A stretch of 63,470 nucleotides of DNA, counting the filler, from Psammoneis japonica (lineage: Eukaryota): the NCBI GenBank assembly GCA_008632985.1. It is 3 parts of 3 records of this genome, joined end to end, with 100 filler letters (N's around TTAATTAATTAA, not from the genome) between each part and the next. Parts side by side here need not be neighbours in the genome. Positions count along the whole stretch, not along the records: positions 23,783 to 47,469 come from QPGO01000432.1; positions 47,570 to 63,470 come from QPGO01000481.1; 1 more part is not named here. One strand, 5' to 3'. The notes under the pieces were generated by a model. The model saw nothing but the letters and a program-made list of their open reading frames with translations. It made no database searches and had not been told where the DNA came from. Shown in pieces: positions 40,531 through 52,779 of this stretch (positions are counted from its first letter, which is position 1; each line of letters opens with the position of its first letter). The translations under genes were made by a program, and so were the position numbers.

Positions 40531-40997
40531 TTGCCCTGTTTAACCGCATTCAGAGGATGCCTTCGATTGAGTGCAATTGTTCAGGGCATTCGCTTCAAAC
40601 AACTGCAGCCTCCTGCGACCTTTTACATTCTCAGAGCAAATGGTTTTTCTTCAAAGCAAACGAACAATGAACACACACACACACAATGAGACGCAATGAT
40701 GGACGATTCAAAGCATCATTGGCGCACATGCACGCACACATTCATGGTTGCCAGTCAATGCTCGTAATCTAATCTCGTCGTTTTTGTTTGTGGCAATCTG
40801 TTGACGAGCATCGTTGTTGCTCCATTGTTGTTGATTGTCGCCTGTGTCGGCGCATCGCACACACAACATGATTTTTGCATTTCCACCTTGTTTGTCTGTG
40901 CAAGTCATGGCCTCCACAGCCTTCTCCACATGCTGCAAACATTGCTTCTCGACTGTTCCATTGACTCAATGTGACAACTCCAACAGCATCGTAAACA

Positions 40998-43900
40998 TGA
41001 GTGATTGCCTCTGTTCCGGCAAATGTCTCAACCCGGAGTGTTCAGTTGATTCCTTTTTTGTCTGCGAATGCTGCTGGAACAGCAGCAACACAAACAGCGG
41101 TGGTCGTCATCTTCCAATTCTTAAAGATTGGAAAACCTGCGTCAAGCACGCCAAAACTCCAACTCATGTGCAATCCTTTGAAGCTTTGAAAGCCGCACCA
41201 ACAAGCAGTGTAAATGCCGTGTGTGCGCCGGCGGAGCCTGCACACGACGAATGTTGGTGCAACGATGACAATGACGCCTCTGTTTCCGAGAGCAAGGAGC
41301 CTTCCAACCAAGATGATTGGGTTTACGACGTCAATGATGCCGGCTCACGTCCTCCATTGCGCGTTGATGATCTCCGACAAGGTTTTGATCCGGACTCCAA
41401 CAGCCCGGCCTTTTTTTGGTACGAGCATTTGCACCCCGGACAAGGCATCCAGAAATTGACAGCTGACGCTTTCGAATTGCCCGTCACCGAGGTGACCAAA
41501 GAAGAGGCCCATTTTTCACTTGTGATGGCTAGCCTGCTTTCACAACTCACCGAGAAACAACGTGAATTGTTGGCAGAATGCATGCTGCAAGCCACAAACA
41601 GCCGTGATCCAGACTTGTCCATTTTTCGTCGGACTCGTGTCCCCACTTCTGTGAAAGATTTTGAAATGTTGCATTTGTCCAGCAAACGTGCCATTGTGCC
41701 AAATTTGCCTCATCCTGTTCCCAGGAAAACCGATGATGGCAGTCATTCCTGTGTTTCCTTTAAAGACGTGCTTGCAAATGAGTTGGCAAAAGCCACGCAA
41801 TTTGACAAGTTCCATTTTGATGCGGACGTCATTGTTCAAGATTCACAACCTGCCATTTTGCGCACACCGGCGGCGCATTCCTTGTTCATGGAACTTAAAG
41901 AAGATGTCGACGGTTTTGTGTTGTGCATTTGGGTGCGAGAATGGCGTGATGACTTCGATCCCAACGGCACGAAGAAGTCACGCAATCAAGTGTGGCTCAA
42001 CACGTGCACCTGCTGCCCTCCTCCCAATTCTTCCAGTGGACGCCACACCCACTTCATGGCAATGTCGTCCAAGGGAGAAAATCATGAAGTTGTGGAGACA
42101 ATGTTTGAACGCGAACTGCAGTCGTTGTCTGAAGAAAGCCATTGGTTTTGCCATGGCGGACTGCAGAAGCTCATGTGGGTTGAAGCTGGCAAACTCAGTG
42201 TTTGTGTGGATCGGCCTGAATGTTCCTGCATGTTTCGTGTTGGAGACCACAATGGCAGCCATTCAACGTTTTGGGAACATGCCTGTTGTGCAGATGGAAA
42301 CTGTTCTTTCAATCACTTGCCTCATTGTCAGCTCTGTCGCAAAGCACATGTGAGCAACCATTTTAGCACATCCGAGGATCCTTCTGATGTCGCCGACAAT
42401 TCACAGGAAGAAGGAGCACCAGTGGATGGCGCAGTTGCAATCAACGTTCCTCCTGTTTCTGGCACATGTCCACACAATGCTTGTGCATCCTGGAATGTGT
42501 TCGACACTGCGTTTCGTTTTCTGGCTCCGGCTGACTGCCCCTGTTCACATGACCAACGCGAAGGTGCACCGAAACCTCCCACTGGCAGGGAAGTGACTGT
42601 CTTCAACCCGTCGGCACATGACATCCAATCCACTCAAGACTTGGCCACAGATCCATCCACATCGACCGATTCTTCTCGTTGCAGATGCAAACGCCAACGT
42701 GTGGCCGCCCCAAGACAATGGTTGGCCTCCATCAAACTCACTGTTCCCTGGTTGCAGCAAGCGATCGTGTTTGCGCATCACAACATGAGAACACATCCGC
42801 CGGGCACCCCGAGTGCCAAGCGCTTTTGGACCAAAGCTAACCTCACGGCCCATCTTCGTACTTGTGCCGTCATCCAACGCCACATCGACACAGTGCACGC
42901 AGCTGCAAAATGCAATCTGCCTTGCCCAACACATCCAGCACCTTGGCTTAATCCCAAAGCACTTTCACGTTGTCATCATGCACCAATGCACACCATTGGT
43001 CTGGGCAATGTTAAAAGTGATTTCGAAATGATGTCCAAATTGTTCTCTCGATTTGAACTTCAGGCAACCTTTGGAAAGCAAGCAAACAAATGCTTGCGGT
43101 CCATCCAGTCCCTCCGATCAACCAAACATTTTGCGGCTCATCCACTGTCCACCAGCAAGTGGGGCACAGGTCCCTGGGTCAGTGAAAATTGCTTCTTTTG
43201 GGCAAGGACAGTAAAATTTGTGGTTGCGCTGCCTGCGCTTCACCAACAACGGGTGATGGACAATCACTTGGATTGTGCAGGTGTGTCGCGGATGTTGCTT
43301 CGATTCGCTTCTGCCACACAAGCTTGTCTGAGCCGAGTCATGTCTTCGGAGCGCGTTGTTGGGGACCTTCACGAAATGGTTTTGATGCATTTGGATGCAA
43401 TGGTCGAGATGGACATGTGGTTGATGAAAGCACCCTCAGATGAGGCAGACAATGATGCCGCAGAAGGCGACGGTGAAGTTCAGAAGAAAAAGAAAAAAAG
43501 GTGAACTTTGTGAAATCTGTTTCACTTGGAATGCTGGGAGTCGCGGAATCCCACCAACATGATGGACCGGCCATTCTGCATTGGGAGGGTGACGATTCTG
43601 GAGAAAGTGGTGTGCAAACTGTGAGGCCAGAGGCCAGCATCAAACGCAGCAATGCAGGCTGGCAAACAATCGCTTTGCGTCACATTCACCAACAGGCAAC
43701 CATTTCTTGGCTTTTAGAACGTGACAGTGAGAAAGGTTCATCGAAGAACAGACATCTAGATGGCATCTTCAAAATCTGCAGCAACTGGAACACATTGTTG
43801 GAGGCAAGACAGCAATGCCTTCCCTTTGCTGGCCTTGTGTCGTCCGATTGCACTGTGTGGTTGTTGTTTCGACCAGTGGGTGAAAAAGGAGCCACTTGCT

Positions 43901-44205
43901 CCTCTGTAACTGCAGTTGCTTTAGAATTTGTGGATGAGGAAGGTGAAGAAATTTTGGACTTGTGTTGGATGGCGCCAGTTCAAGTGACAGACAGGAGAAA
44001 ATCATTTGACGCGGTGACAGATCTTTGCAACAGTTTGGGACATCAGTTTGTGCTGGCATTGCCAAGGATGGAAGATGATGGTGAAACGTTCCTAAACAGC
44101 TTTCATTGTGTCAGCCATCTGTGGAATGAAAGAACCAGAGATGGATGCTTTGTGAAAACGGAACTCAGCTTGGACGTTTTTGACGATTGGTTGACAGCCG
44201 GCTAA
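40998..44205 (+). pseudogene. Large DNA transposase (CACTA/Mirage/Chapaev- or Plavaka-like), frameshift in the A-run at ~43490
   Basis: N-terminal Cys/His finger; WRDDFDPN..KSRNQVW; VDRPE; PMHTIGLGNVK; WEG...GE..VQ..RP. Only 2 Tyr in the 889-aa ORF. Confidence 0.65.
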
Positions 44206-44408
44206 CCATCAACTGCTCTGTCATCCGTCTCGGTTGACAATCCAGCCTGTGTGGGGGAGACAATGGCATGAGCAGTGCACGTGCTCCAATGGTGGATAGA
44301 CCCGTGAAGGAGCAGCGCACATGCTCTTTTGTTTAAAGACGCACTGTTGTGGCCGACACGCAGCTAGCTGCGGGGGACAAGAAGGACATGCGAGCTGGGC
44401 ATCTGCTC

Positions 44409-47400
44409 TCATTTCATGTTCCTCTTTCTCTTTATGAAGCAGAACTGTACAGATTGGTCCCTCATTGCGTTTGACATTTTGTTTTTGGCCAAAATGTCCA
44501 ACATCACCTCTGGTGGATTAGACAGCAGTTTGTCAAAATTGAACTCAAATGCAATTTGAATGGGACCATGATCCCAGGTCGACCCGGCCCAATCATTGTC
44601 CTCACACAGTTCTTTGGCAATCTCCTCCATCTTTTTTTCCTCACTTTTACATGAAAAGTTTTGGATTAATCCACCGGGAGGCAGCTCTTCGGGGTCACTG
44701 GAACCATCAAAGTGACAAAGAAAATTCGCCTCATCGTGGAAAACAAAAAATGACATTCCTGCAAAACAGACATCGCAGTGGTTTACCCTCCCTTTGCTGA
44801 TCCAGAAGCAAAACATTTTGCAAAGAATGTTCTCAACAAAACGAATGGTGAAGTGAGTGTCTTTCTTGTCATCACCCCCGGGGTTGTTCAACTGCACGGT
44901 GAATGCACCCTGTGTGGTTTGAGCCAAACGGAACATGTCCGCATCGTCCATCTTGCCCAGCCCACATTCTTCGGCAATTTTTGTGTCAGGGAGGGAATCC
45001 TTTTTGCAGTGGCAACAATGCAGCATCCAAACAGGAAGCTGGCCAATTTCTGCCATGATCGCAATCGAATGATTGAGATGCAAGACGTCGCATTGCGGGG
45101 AGAATTCAGACAACTGATTCATCAGTTTCTTGTAAATGGAGACGATGTCTTTGTTTTGTGGCTTGTTTGCATGCTCATTCCAAATGTCACAAATCCACTT
45201 TCCCTTTTTGTCATTCCAATTTTCCATTCAGCCTTGGTTGGCAAGGGTGGTCTCTTGCTGCGTGACGCACATCGTAGAGGGATGCCTCTAGAGTGTGCCT
45301 CTTTCACATGGACCATCATTTCGTAAATGAGACATCCCAATCCGTGGGGGTCGCTTGGTGGCTGGAAGGCATTAACGGATAAAAGAACCAACGCAACTGC
45401 TCCAAAGCAACATGACTGCGCCGGGTGCACCTCGAAGCAAGTCTGAACAGCGACAATCTGCGGCAACGCAAGTGAGAATTTGTCAATCATTGCAACAATG
45501 AAGTGTAGAAAGAGCTGGTGGCATGACGTTGGTTCCATGTTGCAGTCGCCTTTTAATGCATCGATTCCTTTGCATCCCTTAAATCCTGTCAAGTGATCAC
45601 AGATGATTGCCGGCTCCAGTCGTTGCCGGTGCACGGGCAAGTTTTGGCAGGTGCGAATGGCTCGTGTTGTGATGGGCAAGGCAAGTCGAATCCTCTTCTC
45701 CGCAGTTTCTACAGAACTGCGGGTGCAAGCAATGACAGCATCTCTTGTTTCTCCATCATTTGTGATTTTTGAAACAGACAAAACTGGGGTCATGTCTTTG
45801 TTTTGGCCGTTGCATTCATCTGAGTGGCAATCCGTAATTTTGCCAAATTTGGCATTCGCCAGATGCAGTGCCTCCACGACATTGTTTGCTGAGGCATCCG
45901 GCAATGAACCTGCACAGTCTTGATGTCGGTTTTTCATCTCTTCATCGTGCCACAATCTAGATGTAAAAGTGGGATTCAGTGTCTCTGCAGTTTCAGACAT
46001 TGACTCAAAAAAAGGCATTGCTTCCTCAGTCCCTTTCCCAACTCAAGGCCGTGCAACACCATCAGCATGGCCTTCCCTTGCAGTGCTTGTGTTGGTGCAA
46101 ACGCCGAAATCTGCAAAGTGGTCCTTTGGTTGACGATGGGTCCCAGTTTTCTTGGGCTTGTTGCTTTTCTTTTTCTGAAAACGTTTTCTCTTGCCAGTTT
46201 TCTTGCCAACATTGCCTTTCCTTGTTTTCTTTCCCTGGTTGCTTTTCGACTCACGTTCATGGCATTTGTCAATCAGCACGCGCGATCGGTCCCAGTCAAT
46301 GCGGCAGATTGGGTGTTTGTTTGGAAAGTGGTCAAGCACCAACATGAAGTCATTGCAATGGTCGGAATCAACATCATACAAGGACCATTTGATGTCAGTT
46401 TCATCCTGTCCAAGTGTCAACACCAAATCCGGAATTGGCACTTGGCAGTGGGGGATGTCTGCTCTGCTTGCCAAGTGAACCTGCAGTTTCGACTGGAAGA
46501 CAACATGCAGATGGGTGGCACACTTTTGCCTGTGTTCTCCAGACAGTTTCCCCAAATTGTCAAGTGCTTTGGCTTTTCCAGAATTATGATGGAAGCAAGC
46601 ACTGTTCATCTCCTCAAACACAAAAACAACATTGAACATGTTTTTGGCACGCAAGCTCTCTTCTTGCAGCAGGGAACGGGACAACACCATTTTCTCCCGC
46701 CGAGTCTTGCAGTTGCCAGTGAAAGTTGGACGCTGCATCTGCAAGGGCAGTGCTGCCTCAAAAGCGCTTGAATGGCAATCAGATGATTCGTCTCTGCTTC
46801 CATTGGGCAAATCAGAATCAGAGAAATCAATGGGAAAAGCTGACACAACTGCGCCATCATGCCAATGCGATGATGATTGGTCGCTCTGACTTGAGAAAAC
46901 AGAGTCAATGACATCACTGTTTGTTGATTGTTCCTCGACGTGATGCACAGAAGCCGAGTCCTCACAGCGTTTTGCTTCTTCCTGCATGTGCTGTGCACTC
47001 AGCAAGCAAAGCAACTGGTCTGCTGGTCTTCGCTTGCGAGGAGGTGGAGACCGTCCCAGGGGAGATTCCAGGCTGCGTGACCTGGATGTGGCAGATCTTG
47101 TGCGGTGTGAGATTGGACTGCTGCTTCTGTTTCTGCGGAGTCGCATTTGACAAAATGGGACCATGCCACTGTTGGCAGGTTGACTTGTTCTGCTTGAACT
47201 CCTTGAGCGGATGCTGTCATCTGCAGAACATGCGGGAGGATGGCTTTTGTCCCAACCGCGACTCTCAGATTTCCTCGATGTACCCACCTGTGCGAGCGCA
47301 ACGAATGCCTGGGTTTGCGAACATCGATCGACCCCGACACCTGGATGGTGACCTCAACATTGTGGAGACCTGTTTTTTGACCTGGAGGGTGACCTGCACC

Positions 47401-47460
47401 TGGATGGTGACCTGTGCGGTGACCTGTGTCTACGCCGAGGTGACAATCTAGACCTTTTGT
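44409..47460 (-). pseudogene. Degenerate convergent ORF(s) with an RS-rich N-terminus, probably the accessory gene of the adjacent transposon
   Basis: Chain of overlapping minus-strand ORFs (46043..47287, 45122..46018, 44409..45227); RSPSR repeats at 47335-47455; TpA-depleted like its neighbour. Confidence 0.5.
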
Positions 47461-47469
47461 TGGAAGAAA

Positions 47470-47569
47470 NNNNNNNNNNNNNNNNNNNNNNNNNNNNNNN
47501 NNNNNNNNNNNNNTTAATTAATTAANNNNNNNNNNNNNNNNNNNNNNNNNNNNNNNNNNNNNNNNNNNN
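47470..47569. other. Artificial scaffold linker N44-TTAATTAATTAA-N44
   Basis: Identical to 23683-23782. Confidence 0.97.
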
Positions 47570-49308
47570 TTTTGAGTCACTCACTTTGTTTTCTCTCATT
47601 TTGGCATGACTGCTCAGTCCAGGCATGCTGCAGTGACGCAGCATTTCACAACTCACAGAATTGGTGAGCTGTTGATTGTGGGGGCGATTGGCTCTCTCTC
47701 TGGGTGCCATGTGCTGGCTTTGTTGCTGCTGTCATTTTGCCTCACTCCTCTTTCTTGCACTCTCAACTCAACCTTTTTCTCACCAATTTTTGGTTTGGCA
47801 ATGTGGAATTTTGTGAAGTTGATCAATTTCAAATTTGCATGTTTAAATTTGTGCAAATCTGCAGAGCGGCTGATGAGCTGGTCATCTTCTTTGATGCTGC
47901 CCCATCTCTCAAGCCTTTGATGATGTCAATGATGTGAGGCCAGCATGACCTGGTGTGTCTGATCACAGCGCAACCCAAGCAGTCATCCAGCCCTCCCTGA
48001 CAAGCCCAGAAAACCAAGTCCCGCGCAACTTTCCTTCTTGGCTCTTTTGTGCTTGACTCTGTTGCACNTCTTCTTGAGCCAAATCCTGCACAGTTCCAGG
48101 CCACCAACCTTGTTTCATGCTCCTGCCACACAACAAATGGGCAGCCCTTGGCTTGGAGATCAATGCGCTCTGGCAAGGCATGTGATTTGTGCCATTTGAA
48201 TTTGGAGCACCAGCTTGCCATTGGGCTGCAGCAGCAGCTTGACTGTTTTGAGCAACTCCGCTTCACTCCACATTTGCAAGGCAGCTGTCCATCTGAGCAT
48301 GCCTGTCTCCTTTACCTCTTTTGCACTCAGCTCTTCTGACACACGCCACACCACCATCACCTCTGAATGTGCAGCCCTCAGCTCATTCTGTTGCAAGAGT
48401 TTTTGTGCAGGCAAAGCTCCAGCTTGACTCGTGCACCTTCCTCCCTCACCTGTCATCAACTCCAACCACCTCATTCAAATGCAGCCAACAAGAATTTCTC
48501 AATTGGGTGTTTGCCCTGCGGAAGCTGCCTTGCTTGACTGCATGGCTGGTGCACTCTTTTTCAAGTGCGCAAGGAAAGACAGTGGCGGTTCTTGGCAAAA
48601 GCAAGCCAAAGCAGTGCATGCCCTCCTGCCAGCAGCCAAGCACCAGCGCCATTTCATCTGGGGACTTGTTCTGTGTGACTCTCCTTTGTGACACATGTCC
48701 ATTGCCTGCCAATGCAGAATCTGGGCACAACCTTCTGTCAGGGCCACATGGCAACAACTCCACATTGTCGCGCAGATCTGATGTGCAACGCCAACCCTCC
48801 AGTGGCCTCTGCCATTCTTTCTCATCTCAAAAACAACAGCAAGCAGAGCTGAGCAGCCACCACAAATTCCAGATGAGAGTGCAAACTTTGGTCTTGAGCA
48901 CAAGTCCAAACATGCTTGGAGTGTGCATTCATCAAAATCTCCCACATGGTGAAACACTTCAAGCCACATGACAGCAACTGATTTGGAGCATCTCATTCCC
49001 CATGGCAACTTTTTGCCCAGCCCAGCTCTGCACACAGAGAGAAGTTGTTGTGTCAGAATGGGCAGCAAATTTTTTGCATTCAGGAGGTGGGTGCAATTGT
49101 GTCAAGTTGACCAATTGTTTGAACTTTGAGCTTGACGAGGCTTGGCATGAGGTGCTTTTGCAGCTGAGTTTGTCTCGCTGATCAAATGTCCATTTTGAGC
49201 GCTTGTNNNNNNNNTTTCTTTCTTGATGGTGCCCCCACATTGCTCACCTTGGGTTTTTTTCTTGGATTTTTCATTCTTCTCATTGCCTCGTTCATTTCAA
49301 AAGATCTT
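47570..49308. other. Unidentified degenerate relic, depleted of both TpA and CpG
   Basis: Composition matches the other old repeats; no motif recognised. Confidence 0.45.
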
Positions 49309-49666
49309 NNNNNNNNNNNNNNNNNNNNNNNNNNNNNNNNNNNNNNNNNNNNNNNNNNNNNNNNNNNNNNNNNNNNNNNNNNNNNNNNNNNNNNNNNNNN
49401 NNNNNNNNNNNNNNNNNNNNNNNNNNNNNNNNNNNNNNNNNNNNNNNNNNNNNNNNNNNNNNNNNNNNNNNNNNNNNNNNNNNNNNNNNNNNNNNNNNNN
49501 NNNNNNNNNNNNNNNNNNNNNNNNNNNNNNNNNNNNCCCCCCCAAGTCACCACAGCGTGGTCGTGGTTTTTTTGAAGGACCGGTCGCGTCTCGCGAGTGT
49601 CCATCGCAGTCGTGCGACAGCCTCCCAGCTGGGAGTGGTGCGACAGCATAGCACGAGGCATGAGTC

Positions 49667-51973
49667 GTGTGTCGTGTGTGTGAGCAAGAATTCCTACGCT
49701 CCACAAAACTCGCTGCCACCATGACACCAACTGCAGCGGCCGTTACCAACGAGGTCCTGGCCCTAATTCCTGAAGCTACCTCAGAAGAGAAGCAACTTGT
49801 GAGGGAGATATCCTGTACGATTCTTAATCTTGACGAAAGGGGACGAAAGTTGATTGAAAAACAAAATGACACTTATGAGGGCGACGTTGGTGCTGTTCGA
49901 TCGGAGCTTTTGCAAAGACGCAAGGGCATATACGAAGAACTGGATGTAAACTCCAAGCAAAGGAAGAGCCACCATGCAGTCTTAAAGGATTTAAGACACG
50001 TTTCAAAGCACTTAAGATCCATTGCATGTCACACACGAGATACACTAGAGGAGATTGAAGCGATTCGTGAAGCAATTGAGTTCAACTTTGCAGTTCTTCA
50101 AGACGCTGTTGGAAAGGAAAATACACTCCCATTCGAACTACGATATATTGCCGAGATTGACGATCCAGCTTTTGATAATGCCATCGTATCTGATTTTGAA
50201 ATACAAAAAGTAGTAACGCAAGATGGTAGTGTTGTGGGATTCGAGTGTTGCGGCACTTGTGGTTTCGAATTTGGTGTCACGGATCCGCGGTGGCGCTGTA
50301 TGAACTGTGTCCAAGATGAGCTTCAATGCGAGCAATGTCATACATACTTTCCAATATTCCATGAAGATTGCGATGTAGTTCTATTGGAACATTCGAGTGC
50401 AATCTCTCGTCGTGAAGAGATTTCGTCGGGTGGACAAAGTTTGGCTTCGACATTGTTTCGAATGTTCAACAACTGGTCTGATCGGCCATGTTTTAGAACA
50501 CACAATGAAGAAGACTGGATAACGTACCATGAAGTTCTAAACCGGTCTCTCCGGATTGCCAGTCAGCTCGTTTCCTGCAGAGCAGATCGAGTTTTGCTTT
50601 GCTTCCCAGCAGGGTCTATGAACTTTTATCTTTGTGATTTTGCTTGTGCCCTTTGTGGAATCACATCAATTGGTGTACCAGTGTCATCCCTCCCAGATAC
50701 CATCCCCGAGGCTAGCCATGCATTTTGTGAAGACTATCTGCAGGAAGAAATTGTTCAACGTACAAACTGTATCGTTTTGGACGTGACGGATGCATGTGAG
50801 TTCGAACCGTATCACGTTCCACTTGACGAAAAAGACCATGATTCTATCTACACAATCTACTTTACGAGTGGTACAACGGGTAAGAGTAAGGAAATACACG
50901 AAACAAGAACTGCCTTTCTGAAAGATTTCACCAGTCCCATCAACGTTACGCCGATTGTGATATTGAGCTTTCTGCCGCCTTGCTGGGCATCCGACCGCAA
51001 TGCTGTGTACGAATGTCTCTACAATGGTGGACGTGTCGGCTTTTCTCATCCAGAGCCATCTCTTTCCGAGATTGTGGAAGATATGACGCGCTTGGAACCG
51101 TCCTATGCGGTAGTCCCTCCGCTCGTTTTGCGCTTTCTCTGTGCTACCAAACCACCACCGTTTCTTGGACGTCGTCTTCAGTTTGTGGGCTGTGGCGGAG
51201 CAGCAGTTTCCAAACAAACTATGGCTTGCTTCAAAGAAATCTATGGAACACCGGTAACGGAAGGATATGGAACGACAGAGGTCGGAGGTATAGCTGTAGA
51301 TGGTCGCATTCTTCCAAGTGTCCGAGATTCACTCCGAGTACGCAATACTGTCACGGGACAATGGGTTGACACGAAATCAAATGAATCTGTGATTGGAGAA
51401 TTGTGGGTTGGAGATCAAAACACTCAGGATGTTGTGGAAGTGACAGATGGAGGACGTGCAATACGTGTCCTTGGTCGTACGGATGTGGCTTCCGCCTTCA
51501 AGATGGAGAATGGCAAGTGGTGCTCCCTGGTGGAGATTGAGGATGAAATCCTTCAAGCATCAGAGCTTGTGGAGGATGCATTCGTGATGAAGAACAATCA
51601 CGGCATGTTGGTTCTTATCGCATTTTCAACAGCAAGCCTCGACGAATCGGAACTCTATGCTGAAGTTGTTTGCCGATCCAATCTTTCGCAGGAAATGCGT
51701 CCAAAAGGTATCATCTTGACGAATGAGCCATTCGAAAAGACAGTCACAATGAAATCCAGCATATTCAATCCTGCTCTATTGGAAGGACAAGAAATGATTG
51801 GTGATTCCAAGCGATCTACGGATCGTACAGTCTTGCCGATTGATGAAGGAACGATCCGAGGTCTTCTTCATGCTTGCAGGATACAGAGCAAAATCGCATC
51901 TTTAAGTAGTTTAGATCATTGCGCGCCTTTTGGCGGAATACTACTTATGATTGTTTTTGACACTGGCGGATAA
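49667..51973 (+). CDS. AMP-binding (acyl-CoA synthetase/adenylation) enzyme with N-terminal coiled coil and ZZ-type zinc finger; true start uncertain
   Basis: P-loop IYFTSGTTGKSK, EGYGTTEVG, LGR...FKMENGK; CGTC...RWRCMNC...CEQCH. Normal TpA and Tyr content. Confidence 0.85.
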   Translation: MCRVCEQEFLRSTKLAATMTPTAAAVTNEVLALIPEATSEEKQLVREISCTILNLDERGRKLIEKQNDTYEGDVGAVRSELLQRRKGIYEELDVNSKQRKSHHAVLKDLRHVSKHLRSIACHTRDTLEEIEAIREAIEFNFAVLQDAVGKENTLPFELRYIAEIDDPAFDNAIVSDFEIQKVVTQDGSVVGFECCGTCGFEFGVTDPRWRCMNCVQDELQCEQCHTYFPIFHEDCDVVLLEHSSAISRREEISSGGQSLASTLFRMFNNWSDRPCFRTHNEEDWITYHEVLNRSLRIASQLVSCRADRVLLCFPAGSMNFYLCDFACALCGITSIGVPVSSLPDTIPEASHAFCEDYLQEEIVQRTNCIVLDVTDACEFEPYHVPLDEKDHDSIYTIYFTSGTTGKSKEIHETRTAFLKDFTSPINVTPIVILSFLPPCWASDRNAVYECLYNGGRVGFSHPEPSLSEIVEDMTRLEPSYAVVPPLVLRFLCATKPPPFLGRRLQFVGCGGAAVSKQTMACFKEIYGTPVTEGYGTTEVGGIAVDGRILPSVRDSLRVRNTVTGQWVDTKSNESVIGELWVGDQNTQDVVEVTDGGRAIRVLGRTDVASAFKMENGKWCSLVEIEDEILQASELVEDAFVMKNNHGMLVLIAFSTASLDESELYAEVVCRSNLSQEMRPKGIILTNEPFEKTVTMKSSIFNPALLEGQEMIGDSKRSTDRTVLPIDEGTIRGLLHACRIQSKIASLSSLDHCAPFGGILLMIVFDTGG

Positions 51974-52731
51974 CAGGTAGTAAGTACAAAACAGTACAAT
52001 TAGAAAATATTATCAAACCATTGCCTACGCTGCAAATAGTTTGAAGGGAAGAAGCAAGCGAAATTCGATGAGATGAAACTCAATAAACTAGAAAGAACAA
52101 TCCACCCTGCAAGCAAAAACTTCAAGCCAAGCATGATGAAAGCTGATGGAAACAACTGAAGCATTCACTTGCACCGTTTTTTCTCCTGCGAGATCCATGC
52201 GCGACACGTGCCACAAACACCTGCAGTGCCATCTTTGCAGCAGACTTCCAGCACTGTAGTTTGCTTGGCCCTGTCTGTGCCAGCTGGGGCAGCTAAAGGG
52301 AGGCAGTGGCAAAAGTGACCCAGTGCCAGTCCTGAGGCAGCAAGCATGCTGGCAGCCTTGGCACAGCCACGAGCACCAGGGGAGCAAGCGAGGTGCCAGG
52401 GGCACTCCCACTTCCCGTGCAGTGGCACTGCCTGCCTGCCTGCACCCTTCCTCTTGCCAAGCCACTCTCAGCCTGGCTGCTTGTGTTTCTAAGTGGCAGT
52501 CGCAAGTCTCTCATTTAAGAACTCTTGGTCATGTTTGTGTCTCATGCCACCAGCAAATGGCATGAGTGTTGTCAACATTGATTTGTTGTGGTTGTTTGAT
52601 GGCATGCATTGGCACAGCACAGTTGCCAGCCACATGTGATGGGTTGTCATTTTGTTGTGCTGACCCACCAAAAAAGTGCAACAGATCATGTCAAAATGAA
52701 GTTGCCAAGCACAAGTGCCTTCTGTTGAGCC

Positions 52732-52736
<5 letters not shown>

Positions 52737-52767
<31 letters not shown>
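52737..52767 (+). repeat. (GA)n microsatellite
   Basis: Pure GA run. Confidence 0.95.
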
Positions 52768-52771
<4 letters not shown>

Positions 52772-52779
52772 TGCACCTT

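Noticed and set aside
47335..47455. TGACCTG motifs as transposon subterminal repeats
   Set aside because: They translate on the minus strand as RSPSR repeats continuous with an RS-rich ORF.
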